A stretch of 64,000 nt of DNA from Alistipes sp. (GTDB lineage: Bacteria > Bacteroidota > Bacteroidia > Bacteroidales > Rikenellaceae). Below, in pieces: positions 28,962 through 42,664 of the stretch. The stretch lies in the NCBI GenBank assembly GCA_017555805.1, contig JAFZFR010000062.1, forward strand, positions 315-64,314, in the 5' to 3' direction. The translations under genes were made by a program, and so were the position numbers. The notes beneath the pieces were generated by a model, which saw nothing but the letters and a program-made list of their open reading frames with translations, had not been told where the DNA came from and searched no databases. Numbering within the stretch: position 1 is the stretch's first letter; each line of letters starts with the position of its first letter.

Positions 28962-28980
28962 ACGAAACGCGTCATAATAG

Positions 28981-29020
28981 ACAAAGGGATGTTCAACGCT
29001 GTGTTGAACATCCCTTTGTT
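28981..29020. terminator. Intrinsic terminator of TonB operon
   Basis: ACAAAGGGATGTTCAAC-GCTGT-GTTGAACATCCCTTTGT, perfect 17-bp stem. Confidence 0.85.
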
Positions 29021-29032
29021 GTCCCCAAAAAT

Positions 29033-29076
29033 GGCGAGGAAAACCCTCTGTGCCGATTCTCCTCGCCGCAAAAAAA
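29033..29076 (-). terminator. Probable terminator of pspC operon
   Basis: GGCGAGGA...TCCTCGCC stem; the adjacent A-run lies on the gene-proximal side, so the U-tract is not canonical. Confidence 0.4.
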
Positions 29077-29093
29077 TAATGCTAAATGGGGTG

Positions 29094-30851
29094 TTAATTC
29101 ATATTTAGATTTCTCAACTCCTTACGAATCTCCTCTCTCTCCTGGTTTAACTCCTCTCGCGCCTCTTGAATAGCCTTCTTCGCCTCCTCAATCTCGTCTG
29201 CGCTGATTCTATCTCCAAAAATATTGAGTATGCCCTCGCCAAGTTCCAGCGCAGAACCCGCGCTCTCGAAAATGCCATTCATTGCTGGTCCTATTATCTG
29301 CGACAATTTGAAATTCTCCAGACTGAAATAGTTTACTTTCACATCATCCACCTCAAAACAGTAGGCCTCGGTGTCGTCAGAAATCATACCAACGCTCACA
29401 TCCTCAATGCACTTGCCCTCGTTGTAGGCTCTGCCGTCGTGCTCGATTGAGTAGTCTCCTTTCTTGGTGCTGAAGCAGATGCGTGTTGGCTCAAATTTTA
29501 TGCTCTCCTTGCATTGCTCCACATCTTTTTTGTCGCCTGTGAACATCACTATATGGTTGCCATTGATGTTGCAACTTGTTCTCTGGCTACCACTCCTGAT
29601 CTCTATGTGTTTGGTTATGCCCTCCTCGGGAATGGTTACTCCCATATCAGACTCCTCCACAACAGCAGCATCCTCAAAATCACCTATGACATCCTCCTTG
29701 AGTATTGTCAGCAGAGAGTCGCTATTGATAATTTCAGGCTCGCTATCAGCCTGCTGCTGGCGCCACTGGTCAATCTCCTCCTGGGTGAACTCCTTGTAGA
29801 GTATCTCCTCGTCGTGTTCAAAGACCGACTCAAAGAGGTTTTCGATGGAGTTATCGAATCGCGCTGGCGACTTGATTGCCGAGATGGTCATCGTGGTGAG
29901 CGAGATTATCCAAAGGATAAGCATCACCAGCAGCCACCTTCCCTTGGGTCGCATTGAGATAAGCAACATAATCACCAGGTAGATGAGCGTCAGCAGCGGC
30001 AACATCACAACGCCAAAGAATGCGATGAGCGCGATGCCCGTAGGGGCGTTAAATCCCAGCATAGGTATGCCCGCCAGAGCGACCATTCCCAGTACGCATA
30101 CTCCAACAACCAAGCCAATGAGCAGTATTGCCGCCACAATCTTCAGGCAGATAAGCAGAATCTTACCGATGATATTCACAATGTCGGCAATGATTGTGCG
30201 CGACTGCTCCTCGGGGGTTGCATTCTGCACATTCTCGCGTATGCTGTCGGTGGTGATGCGCTCGCCCATCATCTCCAGTTTCTGTCGCGCCGTAGATGCG
30301 GGCGGGATGGCAAACCACATAATGATGTAGCCCAAAATCACCACACCAAACATATTGCCCATCATCGGTGCTAACCATCTGAAGAATTCGATAGAACTGA
30401 AGAGGGTCAAAAACAGAGGGATAAACATCGCAAGGCGTATCCAGGTGGCGTCGATGTTGAAGTAGTGAGCCAGACCAGCGCATACTCCACCCAACTTGCA
30501 GTGCTGGAGGTCGCGGTAGAGGCGGCGTGGGATGCGTGGGTTGCCGCTCGGGTCGGTGGTCTCCGCCTGACGGTGCTCTTGTTCTGGTTGCTCGTTTTCA
30601 ATCTCCTCGGCAGAGCCAAGTTGCTTGATGATGTTGAGCACCAGCGGTTTTGTCACTATCGCGTCGGCAGGCACGGCAGAGAGTATCAACTCGGCGATGC
30701 GTGCCTCGATGTCGGCGATAATCTCCTCGCCGTCGGGATCGTTGCGGTAGGCGTTTTGCAGCGAGGCGATGTAGTCGGCGAGAGCCGTGTGTGCATCCTT
30801 CTCAAGGGTGAATGATATGCCCGCGAGACTGCATTTCTTTATCTCGTTCAT
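29094..30851 (-). CDS. PspC domain-containing membrane protein (long form)
   Basis: EIIADIEARIAEL N-domain; RLYRD...KLGGVCAGLAHYF PspC motif; multiple TMs. Confidence 0.88.
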   Translation of the reverse strand: MNEIKKCSLAGISFTLEKDAHTALADYIASLQNAYRNDPDGEEIIADIEARIAELILSAVPADAIVTKPLVLNIIKQLGSAEEIENEQPEQEHRQAETTDPSGNPRIPRRLYRDLQHCKLGGVCAGLAHYFNIDATWIRLAMFIPLFLTLFSSIEFFRWLAPMMGNMFGVVILGYIIMWFAIPPASTARQKLEMMGERITTDSIRENVQNATPEEQSRTIIADIVNIIGKILLICLKIVAAILLIGLVVGVCVLGMVALAGIPMLGFNAPTGIALIAFFGVVMLPLLTLIYLVIMLLISMRPKGRWLLVMLILWIISLTTMTISAIKSPARFDNSIENLFESVFEHDEEILYKEFTQEEIDQWRQQQADSEPEIINSDSLLTILKEDVIGDFEDAAVVEESDMGVTIPEEGITKHIEIRSGSQRTSCNINGNHIVMFTGDKKDVEQCKESIKFEPTRICFSTKKGDYSIEHDGRAYNEGKCIEDVSVGMISDDTEAYCFEVDDVKVNYFSLENFKLSQIIGPAMNGIFESAGSALELGEGILNIFGDRISADEIEEAKKAIQEAREELNQEREEIRKELRNLNMN

Positions 30852-30869
30852 AATCTTTGCGTTGTAGGG

Positions 30870-31844
30870 TTAGAGTGGTTTGATTGAACCTCCGCTTGAG
30901 CTCTGTGAGTTTGAGAGTGAGCAGCCGCCTGTGTAGCGGATGTTGCCTCCCGATGTTGCCCTTGCGTTGAGCGAGCCGCTGCAATTTAACTTCACTGTGC
31001 CGCCCGACGATACATCTGCTATGGCTGTCCTGGCAGTTGAGTTAGTCGAGATGATGTCACCACTTGATGAAGCCTTTGTATTAAGGAAATCATAGCAGTC
31101 AAGAGTGATTTTTCCCGATGATGTTGCCGACGCAACAGCATTTTGTGCAGAGAGTCGAGAGCAGAGTATTCTTCCCGATGATGTAGCCTCGGCAGTTATT
31201 TGTGTCGCTGCGCCGTTGAGTTCAACTTCGCCCGATGAACTTGCCCAAAGTATTACTTTTTTCGCAAGTACAGAGGCATTTATATCGGCTGACGATGTGG
31301 CTTTTGCTGTAAATCGTGAGCATCTGAAAGAGCCTTGCACCTTTGCCGATGATGAAGTGTCAATGCCCACATCATCTCGCTCGCTGCGACTAACTGTTAC
31401 GCTTGCGCTGGAGTTGGCACGGATAAAGAGGTTATTACCATTATTGAGAGTCGGCTTAATATTTACGCTCGCCGCCGAGCGACTTTCGATGCGCGATAGT
31501 TTGTCGTTTCGGGGGAGTGTGACGGTCACATTCAGGTTGCCATACGATGTGCAGTCAGGCTTTCTTACGGTGATGGTCAAGAGGTCGCCAACCTCCTGGC
31601 AGATGACATAATCCATCACATTGTCGTCGGCGTCAATCTTCACGATGTTGTCCTCTGACTCTGTCATCACGACATCCACGCCAGTCATTGCCAGCAGGTT
31701 TGTGTAATTGTTCTCGATTGTCACAACCTTCGAGACGATGTTGCCCGAGCCTTGCAGTGATTTTCGCTTGTCGCGTGCTGCAAATGTTGTTGTGGCGCAG
31801 ATGATTGCCACAACGGCGAGCGTGATTTTTAATAGTTGTTTCAT
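30870..31844 (-). CDS. DUF2807 / head-GIN domain beta-helix protein
   Basis: Signal peptide; GSGNIVSK, IDADDNV, repeated A(T/S)SS(G/A) turns, GNIRYTG. Confidence 0.82.
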   Translation of the reverse strand: MKQLLKITLAVVAIICATTTFAARDKRKSLQGSGNIVSKVVTIENNYTNLLAMTGVDVVMTESEDNIVKIDADDNVMDYVICQEVGDLLTITVRKPDCTSYGNLNVTVTLPRNDKLSRIESRSAASVNIKPTLNNGNNLFIRANSSASVTVSRSERDDVGIDTSSSAKVQGSFRCSRFTAKATSSADINASVLAKKVILWASSSGEVELNGAATQITAEATSSGRILCSRLSAQNAVASATSSGKITLDCYDFLNTKASSSGDIISTNSTARTAIADVSSGGTVKLNCSGSLNARATSGGNIRYTGGCSLSNSQSSSGGSIKPL

Positions 31845-31904
31845 AGTTTGTGAGTGTGCTGATAATTGTAATTTAGTTGTTGTAATAGTTGATTTGTGGA
31901 CGGG

Positions 31905-32249
31905 TTACTCCTCGTCGGTGTGCTCGCCGTGGCGGATGATGCGTATCTGCTCGACCATCTGGTCCCACGCCTCGTCAAGCAGCGCCAACTGTCGGCGTCC
32001 CTCGTCGGTGAGCATATAGTATTTTCGAGGGGGTCCCTGCGTCGACTCCTGCCAGCGATAGGTCAGCAGTCCCGCCTTCTTCTGGCGTGTCAGGATGGGG
32101 TAGAGCGTACCCTCCACCACAATCATCTCCGCCTCCTTGAGTTCGGCGATGATTTTTGGCGCGTAGGAGTCTCCTCGCGAGAGTATCGACAGGATGCAAT
32201 ACTCGAGGATGCCTTTGCGCATCTGTACTTTTACATTATCCTCGTTCAT
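31905..32249 (-). CDS. PadR family transcriptional regulator
   Basis: QMRKGILEYCIL, VVEGTLYPILTR, WQESTQGPPRKYY. Confidence 0.93.
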   Translation of the reverse strand: MNEDNVKVQMRKGILEYCILSILSRGDSYAPKIIAELKEAEMIVVEGTLYPILTRQKKAGLLTYRWQESTQGPPRKYYMLTDEGRRQLALLDEAWDQMVEQIRIIRHGEHTDEE

Positions 32250-32251
32250 TG

Positions 32252-32788
32252 TTACGCCTTGTTTTCGGGGTTAGAGTTGTTGTTTGTGACCGCCGTTACG
32301 GGCTCTTGTGCCACCACCGCCCACAGAATGATGTAGAGCAGTACGGTCGAGAAGCCAGCGAAGAAACCGACGATAAAGACGATGCGGATGAGTGTCACAT
32401 CCACATTGAAGTAGTTTGCCATACCGCTACAAACTCCCGCTACGGAGCGGTTGGTGCGTGGTCGGAGAAGTTTGCGTGGCTGCTCGCCTGGGAAGGTGCG
32501 GTTGCCGCTATGGTCGCTCATTGGGCGGTATGCCTCGCCGAAGAGTTCGGGCTCGCCAATCTGGCTCATCACGCCGCGCACGATAGAGTAGGTGACAACC
32601 ATCATAGGCGATGGCACCTTCTCGCGGAAGAGTTCGGCGATGCGTGCCTCGATGTCCGACAGGGTCTCGGTGTCGGAGGGCGAGAGTCGGCGACCTATAT
32701 CCTCCAGATAGGTGGTCAGTGTTGAGTAGGCATCCATATCCATTGTGAATGCCTGCTGTGCAATGTTTACATTAATGGTCTCTTTCAT
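32252..32788 (-). CDS. PspC domain-containing protein (short form)
   Basis: MKETINVNI...DIEARIAELF; RSVAGVCSGMANYF. Confidence 0.88.
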   Translation of the reverse strand: MKETINVNIAQQAFTMDMDAYSTLTTYLEDIGRRLSPSDTETLSDIEARIAELFREKVPSPMMVVTYSIVRGVMSQIGEPELFGEAYRPMSDHSGNRTFPGEQPRKLLRPRTNRSVAGVCSGMANYFNVDVTLIRIVFIVGFFAGFSTVLLYIILWAVVAQEPVTAVTNNNSNPENKA

Positions 32789-32855
32789 CGTGTAAATTTT
32801 TCTTAAAAGATAATTGTGTTAGTTGTTCGTAATGCAAATATATGTATTATTTTGG

Positions 32856-32874
32856 TACTTTGTATCGCAAAGTA
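32856..32874. promoter_or_regulatory. Palindromic operator candidate (PadR) upstream of pspC-padR operon
   Basis: TACTTTG-N5-CAAAGTA perfect inverted repeat just upstream of minus-strand TATATTTG (32835-42). Confidence 0.55.
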
Positions 32875-33144
32875 GCGGAAATTTTCAAAAATATGCTCAT
32901 TTTTTTCATCGGCGAGGTGTTTACCTTAATTATAAGAGGGCGGTTTCTTTGTGGGGCAGGGTGGTTTGTGGATGCGTTACACCACTAAAGTTTTGTAGCA
33001 AAAGAATAAAATTGTAGAAAAATCTTCGGGCGTAGGGAGGGAGCAAGTTTTACTCGCTATACCCCGAAGATTGAGGCTAAAGCCTCTTTTTTTTAGGCAA
33101 AATATTGTCCCCTCGCCACAGAAGATATAATACTTATCGAAACA

Positions 33145-33181
33145 AAAAAAAGAGGTCATTCCCTTTCGGGGACAACCTCTA
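33145..33181 (-). terminator. Terminator of glnA-like gene
   Basis: AGAGGT...TCCC-TTTC-GGGA...ACCTCT preceded by an A-run on + strand (U-tract on minus). Confidence 0.6.
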
Positions 33182-33201
33182 AATACTCCTCGCTGTCAAT
33201 G

Positions 33202-34704
33202 CTAACCGCAGTGGAAATAGCGAGTTACGAGTTTCATCATCTCCTCGTGATTGCCGTCAATATCCTGACGCAGAGTAGTGTCGCCATACGAGCGCAGACG
33301 CTTCAAGATGCCGTCAATCATCGCAGGGCTGAATACATTGTGCTGCTCAAAAATAGCACGCTGACCCTCCAGACAATCGGCAGACGCTGCACAGCTGTCA
33401 GGCAACTGCGCCAGACCCTTGAGTTTATCCTCATTCTCCTTCTGGTGGATGTTCACATTCACATAGGTCTTCTCTGCCACCTCCAGCGCATTCTCCATCT
33501 CAAAGCCGTGACGGCACGCAACCGCCAGTCCAGCGATAAGCTGGTAGATGTCTGCCGAGCCATCTGGTGAGCGCATCTCGACAGTCTGCTTCTGGCGTGT
33601 GTCGTAGTTGCTTGGCTGCTCGAGTGGGTTGGCAATCTGGCACATATCGCTCTTCGCCGCCCAGCCCAGAGGAACGCGCACCAATACCGAGCGGTTTCTG
33701 TCGCCCCAGCAGATGTTTGTTGGCGCCTCCTGATGTGGCACAAGGCGGAAGTATGATGTTGGGTTTGTATTACCGAAGGCTGTGATTGATGGCGCAAGTT
33801 CCATCATACCAGCGATGGCGCGTCGTGCCGTAGCCGAGAGCGCACCGTTCTCCAGCATCTGGTTCTCGCCATCCTTCACGATACGCATATGGATGTGCAG
33901 ACCCGAGCCAGCCTTGCCAGTTGTAATCTTTGGTGCGAAGGTGATGTCGTAGCCATACTGGTAGGCGAGGTTGCGGATAATCCACTTCGCAATCATCAAC
34001 TGGTCGGCTGCATCCTCCGCCTTGACTGGCAGGAACTCAATCTCGTTCTGCTCGTAGATGAGGTTGTCAATCGAGAAGTTACCTACCTCCGAGTGTCCAT
34101 ACTTAATCTGACCGCCCGCCTGTGCGATGTATGCCATACACTGTGTGCGGAACTCGTTGAACTTGGCATAGGGGGCAGACTCGTGGTAGCCCTTCTGGTC
34201 GGTCGCTGGGAATACGCCCTCGTCTGGAGCGATGACATAGTACTCCAACTCGCCCATCGCCTGGAACTCCATACCTGTCACCTCGTTGAATGCGCGGCAC
34301 GCCTTACGCAGCGTGTGCTCGGGTGAACTCTCCAGTGGCTCGCCGTCCTTGTTGAAGTAGGAGCAGAGCATCGAGAGGGTAGGAATCTGCGCGAATGGAT
34401 CGAGGAATGCAGTCGAGAAGCGTGGCAGGACATAGAGGTCGCTGCTGCCCGCCTCGATAAATGGGAAGAGGCTTGAGCCATCGACACGCTCACCGCAGGT
34501 GAGGATAGCATCGAGGTACGCCTCGTTGTTGATAACGAAGTTAAGTGTCTTCAATCTGCCGTCGGCAGCAGGGTACATAAAGTTCACCATACGAACACCG
34601 TTCTCCTTGATGTAGCGAATGATGTCCGCCTTGGTAAATTCGGTGGTTGGCTTGCCCAGGAATGCGACTAACGCGTTAGGGCACAAATCTAATTCTTTGC
34701 TCAT
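33202..34704 (-). CDS. glnA: Glutamine synthetase family protein
   Basis: VDGSS, GELEYY, HSEVG, EQNEIE, TFAPK...GSGLHIH, RLVPHQEAP, NRSVLVRVP, EMRSPD. Confidence 0.88.
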   Translation of the reverse strand: MSKELDLCPNALVAFLGKPTTEFTKADIIRYIKENGVRMVNFMYPAADGRLKTLNFVINNEAYLDAILTCGERVDGSSLFPFIEAGSSDLYVLPRFSTAFLDPFAQIPTLSMLCSYFNKDGEPLESSPEHTLRKACRAFNEVTGMEFQAMGELEYYVIAPDEGVFPATDQKGYHESAPYAKFNEFRTQCMAYIAQAGGQIKYGHSEVGNFSIDNLIYEQNEIEFLPVKAEDAADQLMIAKWIIRNLAYQYGYDITFAPKITTGKAGSGLHIHMRIVKDGENQMLENGALSATARRAIAGMMELAPSITAFGNTNPTSYFRLVPHQEAPTNICWGDRNRSVLVRVPLGWAAKSDMCQIANPLEQPSNYDTRQKQTVEMRSPDGSADIYQLIAGLAVACRHGFEMENALEVAEKTYVNVNIHQKENEDKLKGLAQLPDSCAASADCLEGQRAIFEQHNVFSPAMIDGILKRLRSYGDTTLRQDIDGNHEEMMKLVTRYFHCG

Positions 34705-34731
34705 TGTAGTATTTTTTAGGTTTTTGTATTG

Positions 34732-38220
<3,489 letters not shown>

Positions 38221-38221
38221 A

Positions 38222-39175
38222 TTAATATACGGCTTTTGCGATTGCCTCGATGCTGGCTGATGCGTTCATCGAGTAGAAGTGGATGCTTGGCACATTTGCC
38301 GCCTTCAACTCTCGCGCCTGCGCGATGCCCCACTCAACGCCCAACGCCTTCACATCGTCGTTTGACTTGCAGAGGCGGAACTCCTTGGCGAGTGCTTCGG
38401 GCAGGTCGATGTGGAATGTCTTGGGCAGGAGCGACTGTTGTGTGAGCGAGGTCAAAGGCTTGATGCCTGGGATGATGGGCACCGTAATGCCCGCCTCGCG
38501 GCACCGCTTCACGAAGTCGAAGTAGCGGTTGTTGTCGAAGAACATCTGCGTCACCACATACTGCGCGCCCGCCTCCACCTTCGCCTTGAGGTTTGCGATG
38601 TCCTGGTCGATGTTCATCGCCTCCTCGTGCTTCTCGGGGTAGCCCGCCACGCCAAAGGTGAAACGCTTGCCGATGGGCTCGTGCTCCTTGCCGTTGAGCA
38701 TCTTGCCGTTGTTGAACTCCTCCACCTGACGGCACAACTCTACGGCGTGGGTGTGTCCTCCCTCGGCAGGGATGAAGCGGTTGTCGCCACGCGCGCGGTC
38801 GCCACGCAACACCAGAAGGTCGGTGATGCCCAGATACTCAAGGTCGATGAGTTCGTTCTCAAGCTCCGTGCGCGAGAAGCCGCTGCAAATCATATGCGGA
38901 ACGGTAGGAATGCCGTAACGCTCCTTTAGGGTTGCGGCGATAGCCACCGTGCCTGGGCGTGTGTGCTCTGTCACGCGCACAAAAGTGCCGTCGCCCATAT
39001 CGAGGTAGTTTACCTCGGTGCGGTGGGTGGTGATATTGATATATGCTGGGTCGAAGGGCATCAGTCGGTCGATAGTCTTAAAGACCTGCTCGATGCTCTT
39101 GCCTCTGATGGGAGGCAACACCTCGATTGAAAAGGCTGTTTTATGTTCAGTTGAGAGAAATTCTGCTACACTCAT
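38222..39175 (-). CDS. metF: 5,10-methylenetetrahydrofolate reductase
   Basis: [37 protein letters not shown]. Confidence 0.93.
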   Translation of the reverse strand: MSVAEFLSTEHKTAFSIEVLPPIRGKSIEQVFKTIDRLMPFDPAYINITTHRTEVNYLDMGDGTFVRVTEHTRPGTVAIAATLKERYGIPTVPHMICSGFSRTELENELIDLEYLGITDLLVLRGDRARGDNRFIPAEGGHTHAVELCRQVEEFNNGKMLNGKEHEPIGKRFTFGVAGYPEKHEEAMNIDQDIANLKAKVEAGAQYVVTQMFFDNNRYFDFVKRCREAGITVPIIPGIKPLTSLTQQSLLPKTFHIDLPEALAKEFRLCKSNDDVKALGVEWGIAQARELKAANVPSIHFYSMNASASIEAIAKAVY

Positions 39176-39308
39176 AACCTGTGTTTTTTGTTTCTACCGC
39201 AAATTTACAATTTTTTTCGCAATGGTGCTATTTTGTGAAAAATATTACGCCTATGGCGGAATATCCTAACCCGTTTTGCTGTATATTTGCAGTAAAGAAA
39301 GGCAAAAA

Positions 39309-40508
39309 ATGGCACAGACGATGACAAAAGAGCAGAAGGAGAGGCTGTGGAACTCAAACTATACAAAGGCTTGGGTCTCCAACTTTATGATTTTCTTCTC
39401 GTTTATGCTGCTCACGCCGCTGCTGCCACTCTATATGTCGGAGGCCTTTCACGCCGACAAGGATTTGATAGGTATGGTCCTCTCGGGCTATACGCTCACG
39501 GCACTTATCGTGCGCCCTTTCAGCGGCTATTTTGTCGATAGTTTTCCACGAAAGGCGGTTCTGCTGGTCAGTTACTTCTTCTTTATGACCCTCTTTGCGG
39601 GCTATCTGGTGGCGGGTACGGTGCTTCTGTTTGCCATAGTGCGTACGCTTCACGGCTTTCCGTTTGGAGCGGTGACGGTGGCGAACAGTACGGTGGCGAT
39701 TGATGTTCTGCACCCCACACGCCGCGCCGAGGGCATAGGCTACTACGGCTTGAGCAACAACATTGCAACGGCGATAGGACCGACGGTGGCGCTGGCGATT
39801 TATCAGGCGTGGGAGAGTTACGATTTGCTCTTTGTGCTGGCGTTTCTCTGCGCGATGAGCGGAATGATTATCAGTTCAACGCTCAAACTGCCGAAAAAGG
39901 AGATTGTAGCTAACAAACAAAAACTCTCGCTCGACCGCTTCCTGCTGTTGAAGGGTTGGAGTCTTGGTATTGCAATGTGTTGCTACTCATTCTCTTATGG
40001 TGTGCTTGCTACCTACATCGCCATCTACGGCAAGGAGGAGTTGGGCATTACGGGTGGCACTGGTTTGTTCTTTATGATTTTGTCCATCGGACTGATATGT
40101 TCGCGCCTGATTGGCAGCCGCTCGTTGCGCAGGGGTAAGGTGGTGGAAAATGCCTCGTTTGGCGTGTCGGTGTCGGTCTTTGGTTATCTGCTCTTTGCGG
40201 CGGTGCATAACCTGTGGGGTTACTATGGCGCGGCGCTGATTATCGGCTTGGGAAATGGTCATATGTTCCCCGCATTCCAGACTATGTTCATAAACCTCGC
40301 CTCGCACGAACAACGCGGTACGGCAAACTCTACTCTGCTGGTTTCGTGGGATATAGGTATCGGCCTGGGTATCTTGGTTGGCGGTGCGCTCGCCGAGTAT
40401 TGGGGCTACCATTCGGCCTTCTGGGGTGCGTGGGCGGTCAATCTGTTCGGTGTGATTTTCTTCTTGAGTTTCGCGCGAAGAATGTTTTTGAAAAACCGAT
40501 TAAGATAG
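39309..40508 (+). CDS. MFS transporter
   Basis: About 12 TMs; GYFVDSFPRK motif A-like; TATATTTG promoter at 39282. Confidence 0.9.
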   Translation: MAQTMTKEQKERLWNSNYTKAWVSNFMIFFSFMLLTPLLPLYMSEAFHADKDLIGMVLSGYTLTALIVRPFSGYFVDSFPRKAVLLVSYFFFMTLFAGYLVAGTVLLFAIVRTLHGFPFGAVTVANSTVAIDVLHPTRRAEGIGYYGLSNNIATAIGPTVALAIYQAWESYDLLFVLAFLCAMSGMIISSTLKLPKKEIVANKQKLSLDRFLLLKGWSLGIAMCCYSFSYGVLATYIAIYGKEELGITGGTGLFFMILSIGLICSRLIGSRSLRRGKVVENASFGVSVSVFGYLLFAAVHNLWGYYGAALIIGLGNGHMFPAFQTMFINLASHEQRGTANSTLLVSWDIGIGLGILVGGALAEYWGYHSAFWGAWAVNLFGVIFFLSFARRMFLKNRLR

Positions 40509-40563
40509 CAAAGAAAAGGGGTGGGAGGCCTCTTTTTTTTGTTTTGTTATTTTAATGATAATT

Positions 40564-40634
40564 TATCTTTGGAGGCGGGCGGGGGTGGTGCGCCTGAAGC
40601 GCGCTACGCCTCCAAAGATACGCCCTAAAGGGCG
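40564..40634. repeat. Intergenic inverted repeat / tandem hairpins
   Basis: TATCTTTGGAGGCG (40564-77) and CGCCTCCAAAGATA (40607-20), then CGCCC-TAAA-GGGCG. Confidence 0.75.
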
Positions 40635-40729
40635 AGGAGTGTAAAAATGAAAGAAAATTATTCCCATCAAATTGCACATTTTCGGCGAATTTAACTATCT
40701 TTGTATAATAGTATTAATCCAAAAATCGA

Positions 40730-41833
40730 GTGGCTATGCCTCTGGAGAGTATCGCATTGAGTTTCGTGCCGCAGTTGGGTGCGCGTGGTGCTGCTTATCT
40801 TGTCGAGTGTTTCGGGTCGGCAAGGGCGGTCTATGCTGCATCGGTGGATGAACTCGTTGGGCGTGCCCAGTTGCGCGAGGATGTCGCTCGAAGCATCATT
40901 CTCAAGCGTGGCTTCGCCGAGGCGGAGCACGAACTCAACTACTGTAAACATCATCAAATCACCCCATTAGGTTGCGACGACGAGCGTTACCCCTCGCTCC
41001 TGCGCGAGATTGAGGATTTCCCTATGGCGCTCTATGTGCGTGGCGATGTCGAGGCTTTGAGTCGCCGTCTGGTTGCCTTTGTCGGCACGCGTAAGATTAG
41101 CCCATATGGTCAGCGTATGTGCGATAAGTTGGTGCGCGAACTCCACGAACTTGTGCCCGATGCGGTGGTGGTGAGCGGACTGGCGTATGGCGTGGATGGC
41201 GAGTGTCACCGCGCGGCGCTGGCGTGTGGCGCTACGACGGTGGGCGTGATTGCCAATACACTGCCTAATGTGACCCCTGCGGCGCACGAGCGTCTGGCGA
41301 AGGATATGGTCGAAAATGGTGGCGCGGTGGTTACGGAACTTAACTCCCAGAGCAAGCAGAATGGCCGTTACTTCATCCCTCGCAACCGCCTTATAGCGGG
41401 CTTGTGTGCGGGTACGGTGGTGGTTGAGAGCCCAGAGTCGGGAGGCTCGCTCTCTACGGCGGCATTTGCTGATGGCTACTCGCGCTCGGTGATGGCTGTG
41501 CCAGGTAGGGCGGTGGATGCCAATTCTATGGGATGCAACCGCTTGATATACAATCGTAAGGCGCAGATGATACTCTCGGCGCGCGACATCGTCGAGGAAC
41601 TCCGTTGGGAGATGGGTTTCGAGGTTATGCCGCAGAAGGCGGGCGAGGTGCTGCCGCTGACGGATGAGGAGGCGCAGTTTATGACCCTCTTTGCCAGCGA
41701 CCCCGTTGAGATTGAGGTGTTGCGCGAGCGTAGCGGTATGTCTCTGGGCGAGTTGTCGCTGATGTTGATGAATCTGGAACTCTCGGGCGCGGTGCGTCAG
41801 TTGCCTGGGAAAATGTATGAGAAACTGATATGA
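40730..41833 (+). CDS. dprA: DNA-processing protein DprA
   Basis: YPSLLREI, AFVGTR, VVSGLAYGVD, FIPRNRLIAGL, GCNRLI; C-terminal winged helix. Confidence 0.94.
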   Translation: MAMPLESIALSFVPQLGARGAAYLVECFGSARAVYAASVDELVGRAQLREDVARSIILKRGFAEAEHELNYCKHHQITPLGCDDERYPSLLREIEDFPMALYVRGDVEALSRRLVAFVGTRKISPYGQRMCDKLVRELHELVPDAVVVSGLAYGVDGECHRAALACGATTVGVIANTLPNVTPAAHERLAKDMVENGGAVVTELNSQSKQNGRYFIPRNRLIAGLCAGTVVVESPESGGSLSTAAFADGYSRSVMAVPGRAVDANSMGCNRLIYNRKAQMILSARDIVEELRWEMGFEVMPQKAGEVLPLTDEEAQFMTLFASDPVEIEVLRERSGMSLGELSLMLMNLELSGAVRQLPGKMYEKLI

Positions 41834-42648
41834 AATTGATAGATACCCACTCACACCTCTATGCCGAAGAGTTTGATTTGGACCGTAGTGAGGCGCTGGA
41901 ACGCGCCCGCGAGCGAGGGGTTGTGAGGTTGTTGCTACCCGCCATTGATGGCGAGAGTTATGAAAGGATGTTCGACCTTGCGCGTCTTGCACCCGATATG
42001 TGCCGCCCGATGATGGGTCTGCACCCTACATCTGTGAATGAAAACCCTCGCTGGAGGGAGGATTTGGCTTTGGTTGAGCACTACTTTGCCGAGCCGCCCG
42101 CAGGGGTGGAGTTCTGCGCCGTGGGCGAGATAGGTCTTGACTACTATTGGAGTCAGGAGTATGTCGCCGAGCAGCGTGAGGCATTCATCGAGCAGTGTCG
42201 CCTGGCGGCGCGCCTTGACCTGCCCGTCGCGATACATACCCGCTCGGCGTGGGAGGATATGTGCGAGATTCTGGAGGCGGAGTGCCGTCGTGCCGAGGAG
42301 CAGGGTCAGCGTCTGCGAGGTGTTCTGCACGCCTTCTCGGAGGATGCCGCCACCTATCGTCGTCTGCGCGAGTGTGGAGATTGGCTGTTTGGCGTTGGCG
42401 GAGTGGTCACATTCAAGAAGAGTTCGCTGGCGGAGGCTGTCAGGGAGATGGCTTTGGAGGATATTATCCTTGAGACCGACTGCCCCTACCTCACGCCCGT
42501 ACCCCATCGTGGCAAGCGCAACGAGTCGGCCTATGTGGGTTATGTCTGCGAGAAGGTCGCCGAACTCAAAGGTGTCGCGCCAGAGGAGGTGGCTCGCATT
42601 ACGACCCACAACGCGCAGTGTATGTTTCTGCGCGAAGAAAATGTATAA
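41830..42648 (+). CDS. tatD: TatD family nuclease
   Basis: IDTHSH, GLHP, VGEIGLDY, IHTR, VLHAF, LETDCPYL. Confidence 0.93.
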   Translation: MKLIDTHSHLYAEEFDLDRSEALERARERGVVRLLLPAIDGESYERMFDLARLAPDMCRPMMGLHPTSVNENPRWREDLALVEHYFAEPPAGVEFCAVGEIGLDYYWSQEYVAEQREAFIEQCRLAARLDLPVAIHTRSAWEDMCEILEAECRRAEEQGQRLRGVLHAFSEDAATYRRLRECGDWLFGVGGVVTFKKSSLAEAVREMALEDIILETDCPYLTPVPHRGKRNESAYVGYVCEKVAELKGVAPEEVARITTHNAQCMFLREENV

Positions 42649-42664
42649 TATTTAAGGTAGATAT

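Noticed and set aside
30880-31480. Repeated A-T/S-S-S-G coding units as a DNA repeat or DGR target
   Set aside because: These are beta-helix turns of DUF2807; the nucleotide repeats are degenerate and no reverse transcriptase is present.
39176-39308. SAM or cobalamin riboswitch upstream of metF-metH
   Set aside because: The minus-strand -7 element (TAAATTTG, 39200-07) leaves a leader of about 20 nt, and no aptamer motifs are visible.
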